Shown one piece after another: positions 12,669 through 24,440 of a stretch of DNA of 64,000 nucleotides (within the stretch, counting starts at the first letter, position 1; the number at the start of each line of letters is the position of its first letter). Both the position numbers and the translations under genes were made by a program. Where the stretch lies: positions 44,082,001-44,146,000 of the forward strand of contig NC_082721.1 of assembly GCF_030144855.1 (NCBI RefSeq), in the 5' to 3' direction. The stretch comes from Hypanus sabinus (lineage: Eukaryota). The notes below the pieces were generated by a model, which did not search any database, was not told where the DNA came from, and saw only the letters and a program-made list of their open reading frames with translations.

Positions 12669-15600
12669 TTTAGTATTAAGTTAGGGGGCCAGTGCTGGAC
12701 ATTGTCAAATTTTTAAAAGACCCGACTGTGGGGGCATTAGAGGTTGCCAGGAAAGCTGAATTTGTGATTGTTGCGAAACGATTAGATCCCAGAGGTGAAA
12801 TCGTCGATGAGAAAGGTGGATATACAGAGAGAAATAGCGATGCACTATCTAACCAAGGATGTGTTCACACCAGATGTATTGGATCTGTTCCCTGAGAGGA
12901 AACCAACCGAGGGGGAGGTTCAGTTAGAGATAGAAGAATTAAGGTTGGCTGAGAATGAGAAGAATAGGCAGCATGAACTTTGGATAAGGCAGCTGGAAGC
13001 AGAGAGAAGCTGAGAGGCGAAGGGAGGAAGAAAGAAGGGCTGAAAGGGAAGCTGAAAGGAGGAAAGAGGCGGCTGAAAGGGAGATGGAGGAAAGGGAGAT
13101 AGAGAGGCAGCATGCGCTGGAAATAGAGAAGTTAAAGGTACAGCAGGGAAGAGACCAGCCGGCAGACCCAAATGAGGGGCTCAAGATTGGTCAGGAGATC
13201 CTGTTGGTACCACCATTCATGAATGTCGATAAATTCTTCCTCCATTTTGAGAATACGGCTGAATCAGAACTGGCCTGAGAGAAAACGGGCTGTTCTGCTA
13301 CAGAGAGTACTCGGGGGAAGGCTCAGCAAGCGTATTCGGCATTGTCTATGGATGAGTCTAATGATTATGAGGAAGTAAAAAGGGCTGTACTGAGGAGTTA
13401 CGAGTTGGTGCCAGAGGCATACTGGCAGAAGTTCCAGAACTTGAGAGTTTGCAAGTGAGATGCAAATGTATTGTCAGCGTTGGTGCACCTCAAAAGGGGT
13501 TGATGAAGATTATGATAAAAAGCTAATACTGATGGAGCAATATAAAAGTTGTATTCCCGAGAGTATAAAGACATACTTGGATGAGAAGGAGACAGAGACT
13601 CTGTCTGTGACTGCCAAGTTAGCAGACGAGTATGCTTTAACCCATAAGTCAACGTTTTCATCAAATAAAAGTTACCAGTGAGGTAGTAGGGACGGTAGAG
13701 AAAGTCCACCGACTAAGGGAGAAAATAAGCCGGGAGCTAGTGGAAAAGGTAACGAGGAGGAAAAGCAGGCTGGCAGGAAGTTTCCTAGCTTTAACTGTTA
13801 TAATTGTAGAAAAGCTGGTCATACAGCATCTAAGTGCTTTGCTCCGATGAAGCAGTCGGGAAAAGGGAAAACGGCAGTGCCTACAGGTTGCATTAAGTCG
13901 GTCAGCAGATCGATGAGGAAGGCAAAGGTAGATAGAGCACAAGAGGGGCGTGAGAAGTTTATCTCAGAAGGGACGGTGTCTGTGAAGGAAGGAGAATCCC
14001 CAGTTCCAGTGCGGATCTGGAAAGATACTGGGGCTGGTCAGTCATTGATTCTAAGGAAAGTGTTAGATTTTGGTTCTGAGACCCAGACTGGGGAGGCTGT
14101 GTAAAGAGGTATCGGGAAATGGACTGAAGCCGTACCTGTGCACAGGATATTTTTGAAATGTGACCTGGCATCTGGACCAGTCAAAATAGGGGTGCGTTCG
14201 AAACTACCAATGGACGGCATGGACGTCCTACTTGGTAATGATCTGGCAGGTGGTGACATGCGTTCAGCAGTGAAATTAACAAGCAAGCCTGTGAGTGCTG
14301 AGGACCCGCCCATAGATTCCAAGATTTATCCCGCACAATCACTCACAAAAATGTCTAAAAAGGCGGCTGAGAAGGGAGCCAGTTTAAATGAGTCCAGTGT
14401 TAACTTAGTGGAGACATTTTTGCCGACCTGGTATGAAAAGGGGTTACCGGATGACAGGGAAAAGGATAGTCAAAATAAGGAGAGTAAAGGAGAGGAGGTA
14501 GATCTATCCTTAGCCAGAATGGAATTTATAAAGGCACAGAGTAAAGAAGAGAAACAGATATGGCAGTTAGAAGGTCCAGAGTTGGACGTGGATGATCTGT
14601 CCGGTTTGACAGAGCTGTTTGCAGTTGACGAATTTAAGTCTGGTCCCAATGATTTAAGGATAGTCTGAGATGAACAGAATGCCGCTACCTTGAGGGAGTC
14701 TGCTGGGTTAGCAGATGAAGTTGTCTTAACCCGCAAGGTTGAGTTTACTCCGAAGGGGAGTTGCCCACAGAGTAACTGGGAGGATCAGGGGAATTCAGAA
14801 TTTGAAAGGGGGATTGGTATTGGAAGCCTGGAAGAGGTAGATCTCCCGTTTGCGTGTGTTCAGGATGTGAAGGATGTGGATGCACAGGGTACTGAACCTA
14901 TTATTGAAACTCAGGAATAGTCTGAGGTATCTGATTTAGTTCAAAAGGAATGCAGTCCTTTTTGGGTCAGATGGACTTGTTTCAGTGAAGAAAGGGTTAA
15001 CCTTGGTACCACTGGAAAGTGAAAATTCTCAGTTGTTTGTGTTAGAAGGTGTGTTAAAAGTTAATGATGAGATGAAAGCTGGTGATGTGAATATCATTGA
15101 AGGAGAAGGTCAGACACGGCTGGTTAGACACCCAGTTATGGGGTACGCAACAAATGGTTGATGTGGTGGTTTGGGAGGGGCAGTCGGAGGGGGTGAGTAA
15201 ATAACTGAAGTGCATTTGGAAGATATTCCACACTGCAGCTGTAGAAAGGTGGTTGTGGAGGGAATAATTCCAGATGGTGGTAATTAAGAGGTTTGCTGTG
15301 TCGTGGATGACATCAAACTCCTTGAGAGTTGTCACAACTGAAGTGGAGAGTGTTCAAGTAAGTAGACAGAATTCTTATATAAGTGTATTTTTACTAATTT
15401 GCCAAATTACATTGAACTGAAGTCCCACTCTACATCTCACCTTAATTTTCTGTTCCTTTGATTTCAATGGATAGGAAACCAAGCTTTGGAAAACTGAGTG
15501 GCGGGGAGCTGAATTCGCTATCACCCAGTTAAACCATCAGACTTAGTTAACATTTCCTTCTCTCAGTGAATATTGCTTACCAGGTAGTTGTCCTTAAAAT

Positions 15601-16765
15601 TTATCGAAATGAGATTTTGACTTTATCTCACACTGAGCCCTTTGGTGGACATCAAGGGGTAAGGAAAACTGTGGACAGAATTTTAAAATATTTTTACTGG
15701 CCTGGTCTAAGAAAAGATGTGGTAATGTTGTGTAAAATGTGCCCTACTTGTCAATGTGTGAGTAAACCAAATCAAGTTACGCCAGTGGCTCCATTACAAC
15801 CTATTCCAGCATTTGGTGAAACATTTTCTAAATTTATTATAGATTGTGTCGGTCCATTACCAAAAACAAAAACTGGTTATCAGTACTTGTTGACTATCAT
15901 GTGTACTTTGTCTAGGTTTCCAGAGGCAGTACCACTTAGGAATATAACAGCTACAACTGTGACACCGGCTCTTATAAAATTCTTTACTTATTTTGGATTA
16001 CCTAAGGAAATACAAACTGACCAAGGAAATAATTTTATGTCTGGATTGTTTCAACAGATAGTTTATAAATTGGGAGCGAAGCAAATCACTTCGTCTGCAT
16101 ACCATCCAGAATCACAAGGTGCCTTGGAGAGTTTTTATTCTTCCCTCAAGAATATGATTAGGACATATTGTGTGAAAAAATGAAAGTGATTGAGATGAGG
16201 GTATAAACTTACTTTTATTTGAAGTAAGGGAATTGGTACAAGAGTCTTTAGGTTTCAGTCCATTTGAACTTGTATTTGGGCATAGAGTTAGAGGACCTTT
16301 AGCTTTATTAAAAGAAAAGTGGATTAGTAAGGAAGTACACACTAATTTGTTGGACTATGTTTTGAAATTGAAGGACAGGTTACATAAAGCTTGAGGCTTA
16401 GCCAAGGAAAATTAAAAATCCGCTTAGGAGAAAATGAAAACATGGTATGATAAAGAAGCTAGGATGAGGATGATTAAGCCTGGAGATAAGATGCTGAGAA
16501 ACTGAAAACAATGATATGTCAACAACCTGTGCTTAAGGCACCTGACTTTTAAATTATCTATCTTGATGTTGAATGTACAATGTAATTTTTTTATGGAATG
16601 GTTTCTTACAATTGTAACACTCCTACTGTACTGCAAATTGTAAAATGTTATATGATGATACTATGTATACTGAGTATGTTATAAAATTTATACATTTGTT
16701 TTATTGATTGTAAATAATTGTTAAAATTTTGTTCTTGAGAGACCAATTTTTTTTTTGGAGGGAGG
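12669..16765 (+). mobile_element. Gmr1-like Gypsy internal region (gag with SCAN-like domain and CCHC knuckle, protease, integrase; RT deleted), pseudogenised
   Basis: YELVPEAYWQKF and LILMEQYKSCIP..LADEY (SCAN-like); CYNCRKAGHTASKC; KDTGA and DVLLGNDLAG (protease); H..GGHQG..C..C, IDCVGPLP, TDQGNNF and HPESQG (integrase, 15566-16490); then an RNase H-linker-like EKLKTMICQQPVLKAPDF (16496-16549); PPT GGAGGGAGG at 16757-16765. The PR-IN-(RT)-RH order is the Gmr1 arrangement. Confidence 0.9.
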
Positions 16766-17643
16766 TGTTACGTACCCGTGGGTATCTTGTACTTGTCACG
16801 TGACAGTGGTGTTGAAGCTGTACTGAACTTAAGGTAGTGGTCTTATGATAGTGGAGTGATGTCATTTTCCTGCCAGTAGAGGTCATATGACAGGTTTTTT
16901 TTGCAGGGTATAAAAGGAGGACCCCTCCCTGTGAGGAGGGACAGTTCGTGGCTGGATTTGCCATTTTGACTCTATGCCACTGCATGGTCCAATATTATGA
17001 AGCAGTTCCTTTGAAAGATGGAGTTTTATTTAATGCCTAAAGTTTAAAAGGTCATTACGAGCAGTTTCTTTATAATACTGCCAGTTAAAAATCAGTGGAG
17101 AGTGAAGATCGGAGTTTGGGAGCTAAAAGATCGAGGAAAGTCGATATTGACGGTGAAACAGGTTCTACCTTGTTTGATCCTCATTCGGAAGGAATTTGTT
17201 GACTGTCCCTCTGTTAATTGCTGCAAAATATTGCAGAAAGGGTTTGGGTACAGTTTTGTCAAGGAAAGGTCAGTGCCTTTAAGCCGTTTCATTTTCATCT
17301 CCGTAAATTCTCCAGGGAAAAGTATAGTTCGACTGGGAACCACAACAGCACGACGTGAAAGAGAATTTAAATCATCAAAAAAGTCTCTCCTTTAATGGAC
17401 TGTAAGCATTTTGTACTTTTGTAGTACTATTGTGAAGAACTGTTTTTTCCAACATCACTTTAAGAACTGTTTTCACTTTTTCCTTTAAGAACTGTTTAAG
17501 CTGCCATACAGCAGCTGATTTTCGGTTACGTTAGTGGTTTGTTTACTTTTGGGGGTTTGTTTTTCAGTGTTTAATAAATGTTTTATTTGTTATAAAAAAA
17601 ACCCTGCCTCACTTATATATTTATTGTTCCTGAATCCGTAACA
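16766..17643 (+). mobile_element. LTR (family B) at the 3' end of the Gmr1-like element
   Basis: TGTTACGTACC...CCGTAACA immediately after the PPT; AATAAA near 17573; homologous to the inverted copy at 18641-19494. Confidence 0.9.
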
Positions 17644-20100
17644 CTCTTTATATCAAACCCGACCACCTCCTTATCTTTGTTGTTTTCACTTCTGAATAAA
17701 TTTAGTCAGCTATCCGGATACAAACTTAATCTACATAAGTGTGAACTTTTTCCGATAAATAAGGAAGCACAAGAATTAGAATTTCACAATCTCCCTTTTA
17801 AAGTAGTAAACAATTGTTTTACTAATCTTGGTATTATCGTAACAAGGAACTATAATTGACTGTTCGATGAGAATTTCAATAATCTTTTAAATTTTACAAA
17901 ACAAAGATTAGCACAGTGGTCACCTCTGCCCATCTGTTTAATTGGGCGAATTAATGTAATTAAAATGTACATTCTCCCTAATTTTTTATATTTATTTCAA
18001 TCTTTACCTATATTTATTCCTAAAGATTTTTTTGATTCTTTAGATTATATTATCTTGTCATACCTATGGAAGGGTAAACAGCACAGACTCAATAAAGCTC
18101 ATCTCTAAAAGCCTAAAAAAGAAGGTGGCTTGGCGTTGCCTAATTTTCGTTCATATTATTGGGCAGCCAATATTCGTAATATCTTTTGATCCTACTTTTA
18201 TAATCAGTCTGTTTGTCCAACATGGACGGCAATGGAATTAAACGCTTGTAAGAAATTCTATTCCAGCTTTACATGGCTTTGTTCTTCCTTGCCAATTGCC
18301 AAAATCTATTATTAATCCTGTAATCAGACATATTCTGAGAATATGGGCTCAATTTAGAAAATACCATGGTCTTTATAGTTTTTCCCTCTCTAGTCCTATT
18401 CTATACAATCATTTATTTCAACCGTCTATGCAGAATTCCACATTCCAAGACTGGTGTAGGAGAGGTATCAGGCGTTTTGAAGATCTTTTTATTGAAAATC
18501 GGTTTGCATCTTTTGAACAGCTGTCTATAAAGTTTAATTTACCGCATACTCATCTTTTTAGATATCTTCAAATTAGACATTTTATTAGGCCTTTAATACC
18601 ACATTTTCCTGAACAACCTGATAAAAATGTTGTAGACTCGTGTTACGTAATCAGCAACAATAAATATATAAGCGAGGCAGGGGTTTTAATAACAAATAAA
18701 ACATTTATTAAACACTGAAAAACAAACCCCTAAAAGTAAACAAACCACGAACATAACCGGAAATCAGCTGCGGTGCGGCAGCTTAAACAGTTCTTAAAGC
18801 AATAAAGCTTAAACCATTCTTAAAGCGATGCTGCAAAAACAGTTCTTCAAAGTAGTACTGCAAAAGTTCAAAATGCTTACAGTCCATTAAAGGAGAGACT
18901 TTTTAGATGATTTAAATTCTCTTTCACGTCATGTTGTTGCAGTTCCCAGTCGAACTATACTTATCCCCGGAAAATTTATGAAGATGAAAATGAAACAGCT
19001 TAAAGGTACTGACCTTTCCTTGACAAAACTGTACCCAAACCCTTTCTGCTATATTTCGCAAGGATTAACATAGGGACAGCCAACGAATTCCTTCCGAATG
19101 AGGATCAAACAAGGTCGAACCTGTTTCACCATCGAAATCGACTTTCCTCGATCTTTTAGCTCCCAAATTCTGATCTTCACCCTCCACTGATTTTTAACTG
19201 GCTGTATTATAAAGAAACTGCTGGTAATGACCTTTTAAATTTTAGGCATTAAATAAAACTCCATCTTTCAACCAAACTGCGTCATAATATTGGACCACGC
19301 AGTGGCATGGAGTCAAAATGGCAAATCCAGCATCGAACTGTCCCTCCTCACAGGGAGGGGTCCTCCTTTTATACCCTGTAAAAAAAACATGACCTCTACT
19401 GGTGGGAAAATGACGTCACTCCGCCATCACAAGACAACTACCTTAAGTCCAGTATAGCTTCAACACCACTGTCATGTGTCACAGGTACGTAACACTCATT
19501 TCTTCAAATGAACCCATTGGGCAAAGGCATATTTTTTACTATTCGTGTTAAATTTATGACTCTCAGACTATCAGAGGAGCCCCTTATGATAAAATTAAAA
19601 CTGCTTGGGAGCATGACTTAGGTTTTTCTTTGTCCGACACGGTTTGAGATTCAATTCTTAAATCCGTCAATTCAATCTCCTTATGTGCTCGTCATTGTCT
19701 CCTGCAGTTTCAAGTTGTCCACAGGGATCATATGTCCAAAACCAAATTGGCGAAGTTCTAATATTAGTCCCTGGTGTGACAAATGCAAAGGAGGTGAGGC
19801 CTCACTTTTCCATTTGTATTGGGCCTGTCCTACTCTGGAAAAATTTTTATTATTACAATTTGTGGTTCTGGAGTAATGAAAGTGTATCTCATATAATGGT
19901 TGGCTTGAAGTTGGATAGGTGATGGATTGGGTACTTTTCTTTCTTTTTCTCTTTTTTTCCTTTTTTACTATGGGTGACTTGCTCATTTGTTAAGACATGT
20001 ATTATTGTTATTTTTGTTTATATGGCAATGATCCTTCTATATATTTTTGATTTTCCTTTCATTGTAGTTTGTAGAAAATTATAAATATTAAAAAAAAAAG
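17644..20100 (+). mobile_element. L1/Tx1-clade LINE 3' part (RT end and C-terminal region), interrupted by an inverted LTR
   Basis: FSQLSGYKLNLHKCELF, GRINVIKM..LP.F.YLFQ, GGLALPNF..YYWAAN and C..C..GEASLFHLYW.C motifs; ends in an A-rich tail near 20090-20100. Confidence 0.88.
18641..19494 (-). mobile_element. Solo LTR (family B), inverted
   Basis: Reverse complement of 16766-17643; flanks CTCG and CTCA form a 4-bp TSD with one mismatch; the L1 frame (VDS|FLQMNP) continues across it. Confidence 0.9.
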
Positions 20101-20299
20101 AAAGTGACCACTGACATTCTGCTTGGTGTGAGAATCAAATCAAGAGACCAGATGCTTTGACCAGATTTGACCTGAACATCTTTTGAAATTAAATGATCAA
20201 AGGTTGGAATATGATACCATTGTGAGTCAAAGAGGATGTGATTTTACATTCTATCTGGTGTTCAACAACATTCTTCTGTGTTATTGAAAACTAGATTCA

Positions 20300-21360
20300 A
20301 ATTTCAAGGTGTATTTATTTTCAAAGTAAGTCGACATTAGCACATAAAGTTCAAAGTAAATTTACTTTCAAAGTATATATATACATCATTGCGAGTCACC
20401 TCCTTAAGGGCAGCAACAAAACAAAGACTACCTTAAAATTCGTTTTCTTGCTGGTCTTCACAGGAGAGAAACAAATGCTGTAGAAAAATGACATAAAGAA
20501 AAACAATCAAAAGCTGTGCAAAAGAAGACAAACAGTGCAAATAAAATAATATTGAAAATATGAGTTGTTACGAGTCCTTGAAAGTGAGTCTATAGGTCAT
20601 TGAATCAGTTCAGAGTAGTGGTGAATAAAGTTATCTTTGGCAGTTCAGGAAACCGGGCTATAAAGTTATAACTGTATTTGAAACTGGTGGTGTTGGATCT
20701 GTACCACCTGCATGATGACAACCATGAAAATAAGGCATGGCCTAGATGGTGCAAGTCTTTGAGGATAAATACCGCTTTCTGTAGTTTTATCGATTCCTGT
20801 CCATTGGTGTTTCCATACCAGGCCATGATGCAACCAGTTAGGATGCTCCCTAATATGTGCATATCTAGAAGTTTGTCAGAGATTTTAGTGATGTGCTAAT
20901 CTAAGCAAACTACTAAGAAAGTAAAAGTCCTATCGTGTCTTATTTATAATAACTCTTATGTTGTGATCCCAGCACAGCTCCTCTGATATATTACCAGCAA
21001 GGAATTTAAAGCTACTGACCCACTCTACCTCTGGTTCCCTAATAAGAACTGGCTCAATGACTTCTGATTTCGTCAACGTGAAGCTGATAATCGGCTCTTT
21101 GTTTTTTTTTTGATGATGAGGGAGAGTTTGCTGTGGGACCACTCAGGTTTCAATTTCTTTCACATCTCAATTCATCCCAGCTTTTGTTTTGACTCACAAT
21201 GGTGATGTCATCAACATCTTAAAATTCAGGGGTCAAAACATATGTGCTGATGGTGACTGTGGGTGATGTCAACCTGTACTGAATGGGATCTGCCAATGAG
21301 GAAATGGTTAGGCCAGTTAGATAGGGAGGTACCAAAGCCCGGGTCTTAGAGATTAGTGAT
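20300..21360 (-). mobile_element. Rex1/Babar-like LINE RT 3' fragment
   Basis: KEPIISF..VEWVSSFKFLAGNISEELCW and SILTGCIMAWYGN motifs; TTCAAAG-repeat tail near 20300-20370. Confidence 0.75.
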
Positions 21361-21399
21361 GCCTCCACCTTCCTCCTACTTCACTGTAAACTTTTTCTC

Positions 21400-23720
21400 T
21401 CCTCAGACATGACCAACCATCTCGCTGCCCCCTCTGATCCCAGCTTTCATCTCTGCAGGGTTTTCACAATTCCCTTCTACCTTCCCTTCTCTGAGGCAGA
21501 ATGTTCTGTCTTCAGTAAGGGCCTCACCTTTGTACCCCTGCACCTGCACCTTAGTAGGTTTCATGCCCTCCATGATGTTGAGCTCTTCTGTTGCCTCTGT
21601 CTCCATGCCTACTACATTGGCAAGGACACTCCAGCCCACAATGAAGACCCCCATCTCCTGTCTTCAACCCTCCTCCTCTCGTGAACACTTCGCTCTGATC
21701 TTCTGCTTGCTCTGGATGTTTTAATCATTCATTGCCAATGGTACATCAATCAACTTGACTTAAGCACTCCACTCCCCAATTCTAACCTCACTATCTCTGA
21801 ACGCACTGCTCTCAACTCTCTCCAAACTAATCCCAAACTCACCATCAAGCCTGCAGATAAGGGACAGGGGTGTGTGCTATAGTTCTCTGGCAGACTGACC
21901 TCTATTATTCTGAGGTGAGGTTGCAACTCTCAGACACTTCCTCTTACTTACCCTTTGAACAGCACCCGACTACTGAGCACCAGGCCATTGTGTTCCACAC
22001 TAACACTGACCTTATTGACTCCAGGGATCTCCCATCCACTGCCACCAACCTCATAGTTACCTTACCCTGCACCTCCCATTTCTTCCTTATACTCGTGATC
22101 CATAAATCAGACTGTCAAGGTAAATTCATTGTTTCTGCCTGCCCATGCTTACTAAACTTGTGTCTGCATATCTCAACTCCATTTTATGCCCCCTGTTTCA
22201 GTTCCTTGATGCTTAGATTGGTTACACTTCACACATTCTTGCTCTTTGCAATGATTTTAAGTTCCATGGCCCCGATCATCTCATTTTCACTACGGATGTC
22301 CAATCCCTATACACCTCCATCCCCCATTGGAAGGGCCTTAGAGCTTCAGCTTCTTTCTAGAAAACAGACCCAACCAGTTCACATCTACTAAAACTCTCCT
22401 CCATCTGGCAGAACTGGTCTTCACCCTCAAGAGTTACTCCCTCAACTTCTGCCACATCCTTCAAACCAAAGGTGTAGCCACGGGTACTCACATGAGTTCA
22501 AGCTACACCTGCCTTTTGTGGCTACATAGAACACTCCATGTTCCCAGCCTACATCGACATGACTTTCCAACTCTTCCTATGCTACATTAATGACTACATT
22601 GGTGCTGCTTTCTGCATCCAAGCTGAGCTCATCAGTTTAAACAAGATTCCGTCCAGCTTTCACCCCGCCCTCAAATTTGCTTGGTCCATTTCCAACAACT
22701 CCCTGCCCTTTCTGGACCTGTCTGAGTCTATATCTCGGGCAGACTATCTACTGATACTTTTATAAACCAATGGCCTCTTACACAGTTCTGAACTACTCCT
22801 GTTCCCACATTGCCAGCTGTAAAAATGCCATTAAATTCTCTAAGTTCCTCCTCCTCTGTTGCCTCTACTCTCAGGATGAGGCTTTCATTCCAGAAAAACT
22901 ATGATGTGCTCCTTCTTTAAAGAAAGGGGTTTCTCTTCCTCTACTGTCAACACTGCCCTCATCTCTATCTCTTCCATTTCGCACACATCTGCCCACCGCC
23001 ATACCAGGTATTGGATTCCTCTTATCCTCACTAGACTCCACGTCCAGCACACAGTTCTCTGTGAATTGCATCATGTCCAATGTGATCCCACCATCAAGCA
23101 CATCCTTCCCTTCAGCCCCCCCTCCACAACTTTCCAGTTACCACAGGGATTGCTCCCTACATGACTGCCTTGCCTACTCTTACATTCCCACTGTTCTCCC
23201 TCCTGAGACTTACCCTTGCAAGTGGAGCATGAGCCACAACTGCCCCTACACATCCTCCTTTACAACTATACAAGGCCCCAAACAATACTTACCAGTGATG
23301 TAACACTTTGCCTGCAAATTTGTTGGGATCCTCTACTGTATCCGGAGCTCCTGGTATGGCCTCAAGTATGTCAGTAGACTGGGAGACTGTTTCACCAAGC
23401 ACCTTCACTGAGTCCGCCACAGAAAGCAGGATCTCCCAATGGTCATCCATTTCAATTCCACTTCCCATTCCCATTCTGACAGGTCAGCCCATACCCTCAT
23501 CCACTGTCACAAAGAGGCAATACTCACTGTGGAAGAGCAACACCTAATATTCCATCTGGATGGCCTCAATCTGGTAGCGTGAACATCAATTTCTCTAAAT
23601 TCTGGTAATTGCCCCCCTCTACCTCTTCACTATTCCCCATTCCTTGTTCCTGCTCTCACCTTATTTTCTTACCTAATCATTACCTACCTCTGGTGCTCCT
23701 CATACTCCCTTTTCTTACGT
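21400..23720 (+). mobile_element. Penelope-like element, degenerate (RT + GIY-YIG endonuclease)
   Basis: SVFSKGLTFVP, KPADKG, QTKGVATGT.M.SSY, YINDYIG (YIDD-like), GILYCI..S..G..Y and VEEQHLIFHLDGL motifs. Confidence 0.88.
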
Positions 23721-24149
23721 GATCATTTGTCCTATCCAATCAGAGTCAACCATTAACTGGTTCCATTTAATATCAGAGAACGTATACAACATAAAATTCT
23801 TGCTCTTTGCAGACATCCACAAAACAAAAGAAAATCTGAAAAGAATGACTGACAGCAAAATGTTAGAAACCCAAGATCCCCCCATGCACAAACGATTGCA
23901 AAAGCATCAACACTCCTCCCACCACCTTTCCCTACCTATCTCAGCAAAAGCATCGACCCCCTGTCGCCCGCCATGCAAGCCATAGCCCCCAGTGAGACCA
24001 TGATCTAGAGGGTATCACAAAACCACTGTCTATCCCAACACATTGATATCCACAGGCTTTCTCTCACTGACAATGGTGAGAGAGATTTTCCTCCTACCAC
24101 GCTGAGAGGGAGATCAATAGCCCATTGTTTCAATGTTACAATTAGTAGC

Positions 24150-24440
24150 CCACTTCTCCAGCCCTTCATCTCTTTCACCAATCAACTTCTAGCTGTTTAC
24201 CACAGTCACCCCTCAGCTTCTTCGGGTTTCACCTATCACCTGTCACCTTGCAATTTTTCCCTCCGCTCCCCGGCTTTCTTACACTGACTTCTCCCCTTTT
24301 TTCTCAGTCCTGATGAAGGGTCTTCACCCAAAACATTGACTCTTTACTCTTTTCCATTGATGCTGACTGAACTGCTGAGTTCCTCCAGAATTTTGTGTGT
24401 ATTGCTTTGGATTTTGAGCTTCTGCAGATTTTCTGATGCC
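24150..24440 (+). mobile_element. Penelope pseudo-LTR/3' tail fragment
   Basis: CCTGATGAAGGGTC...CTGCTGAGTTCCTCCAG..TTTTGTGTG tail motif. Confidence 0.75.
24305..24343 (+). ncRNA. Penelope hammerhead relic, degenerate
   Basis: CAGTC CTGATGA AGGG TCTTCA CCC AAAAC ATT GACTC. Confidence 0.55.
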
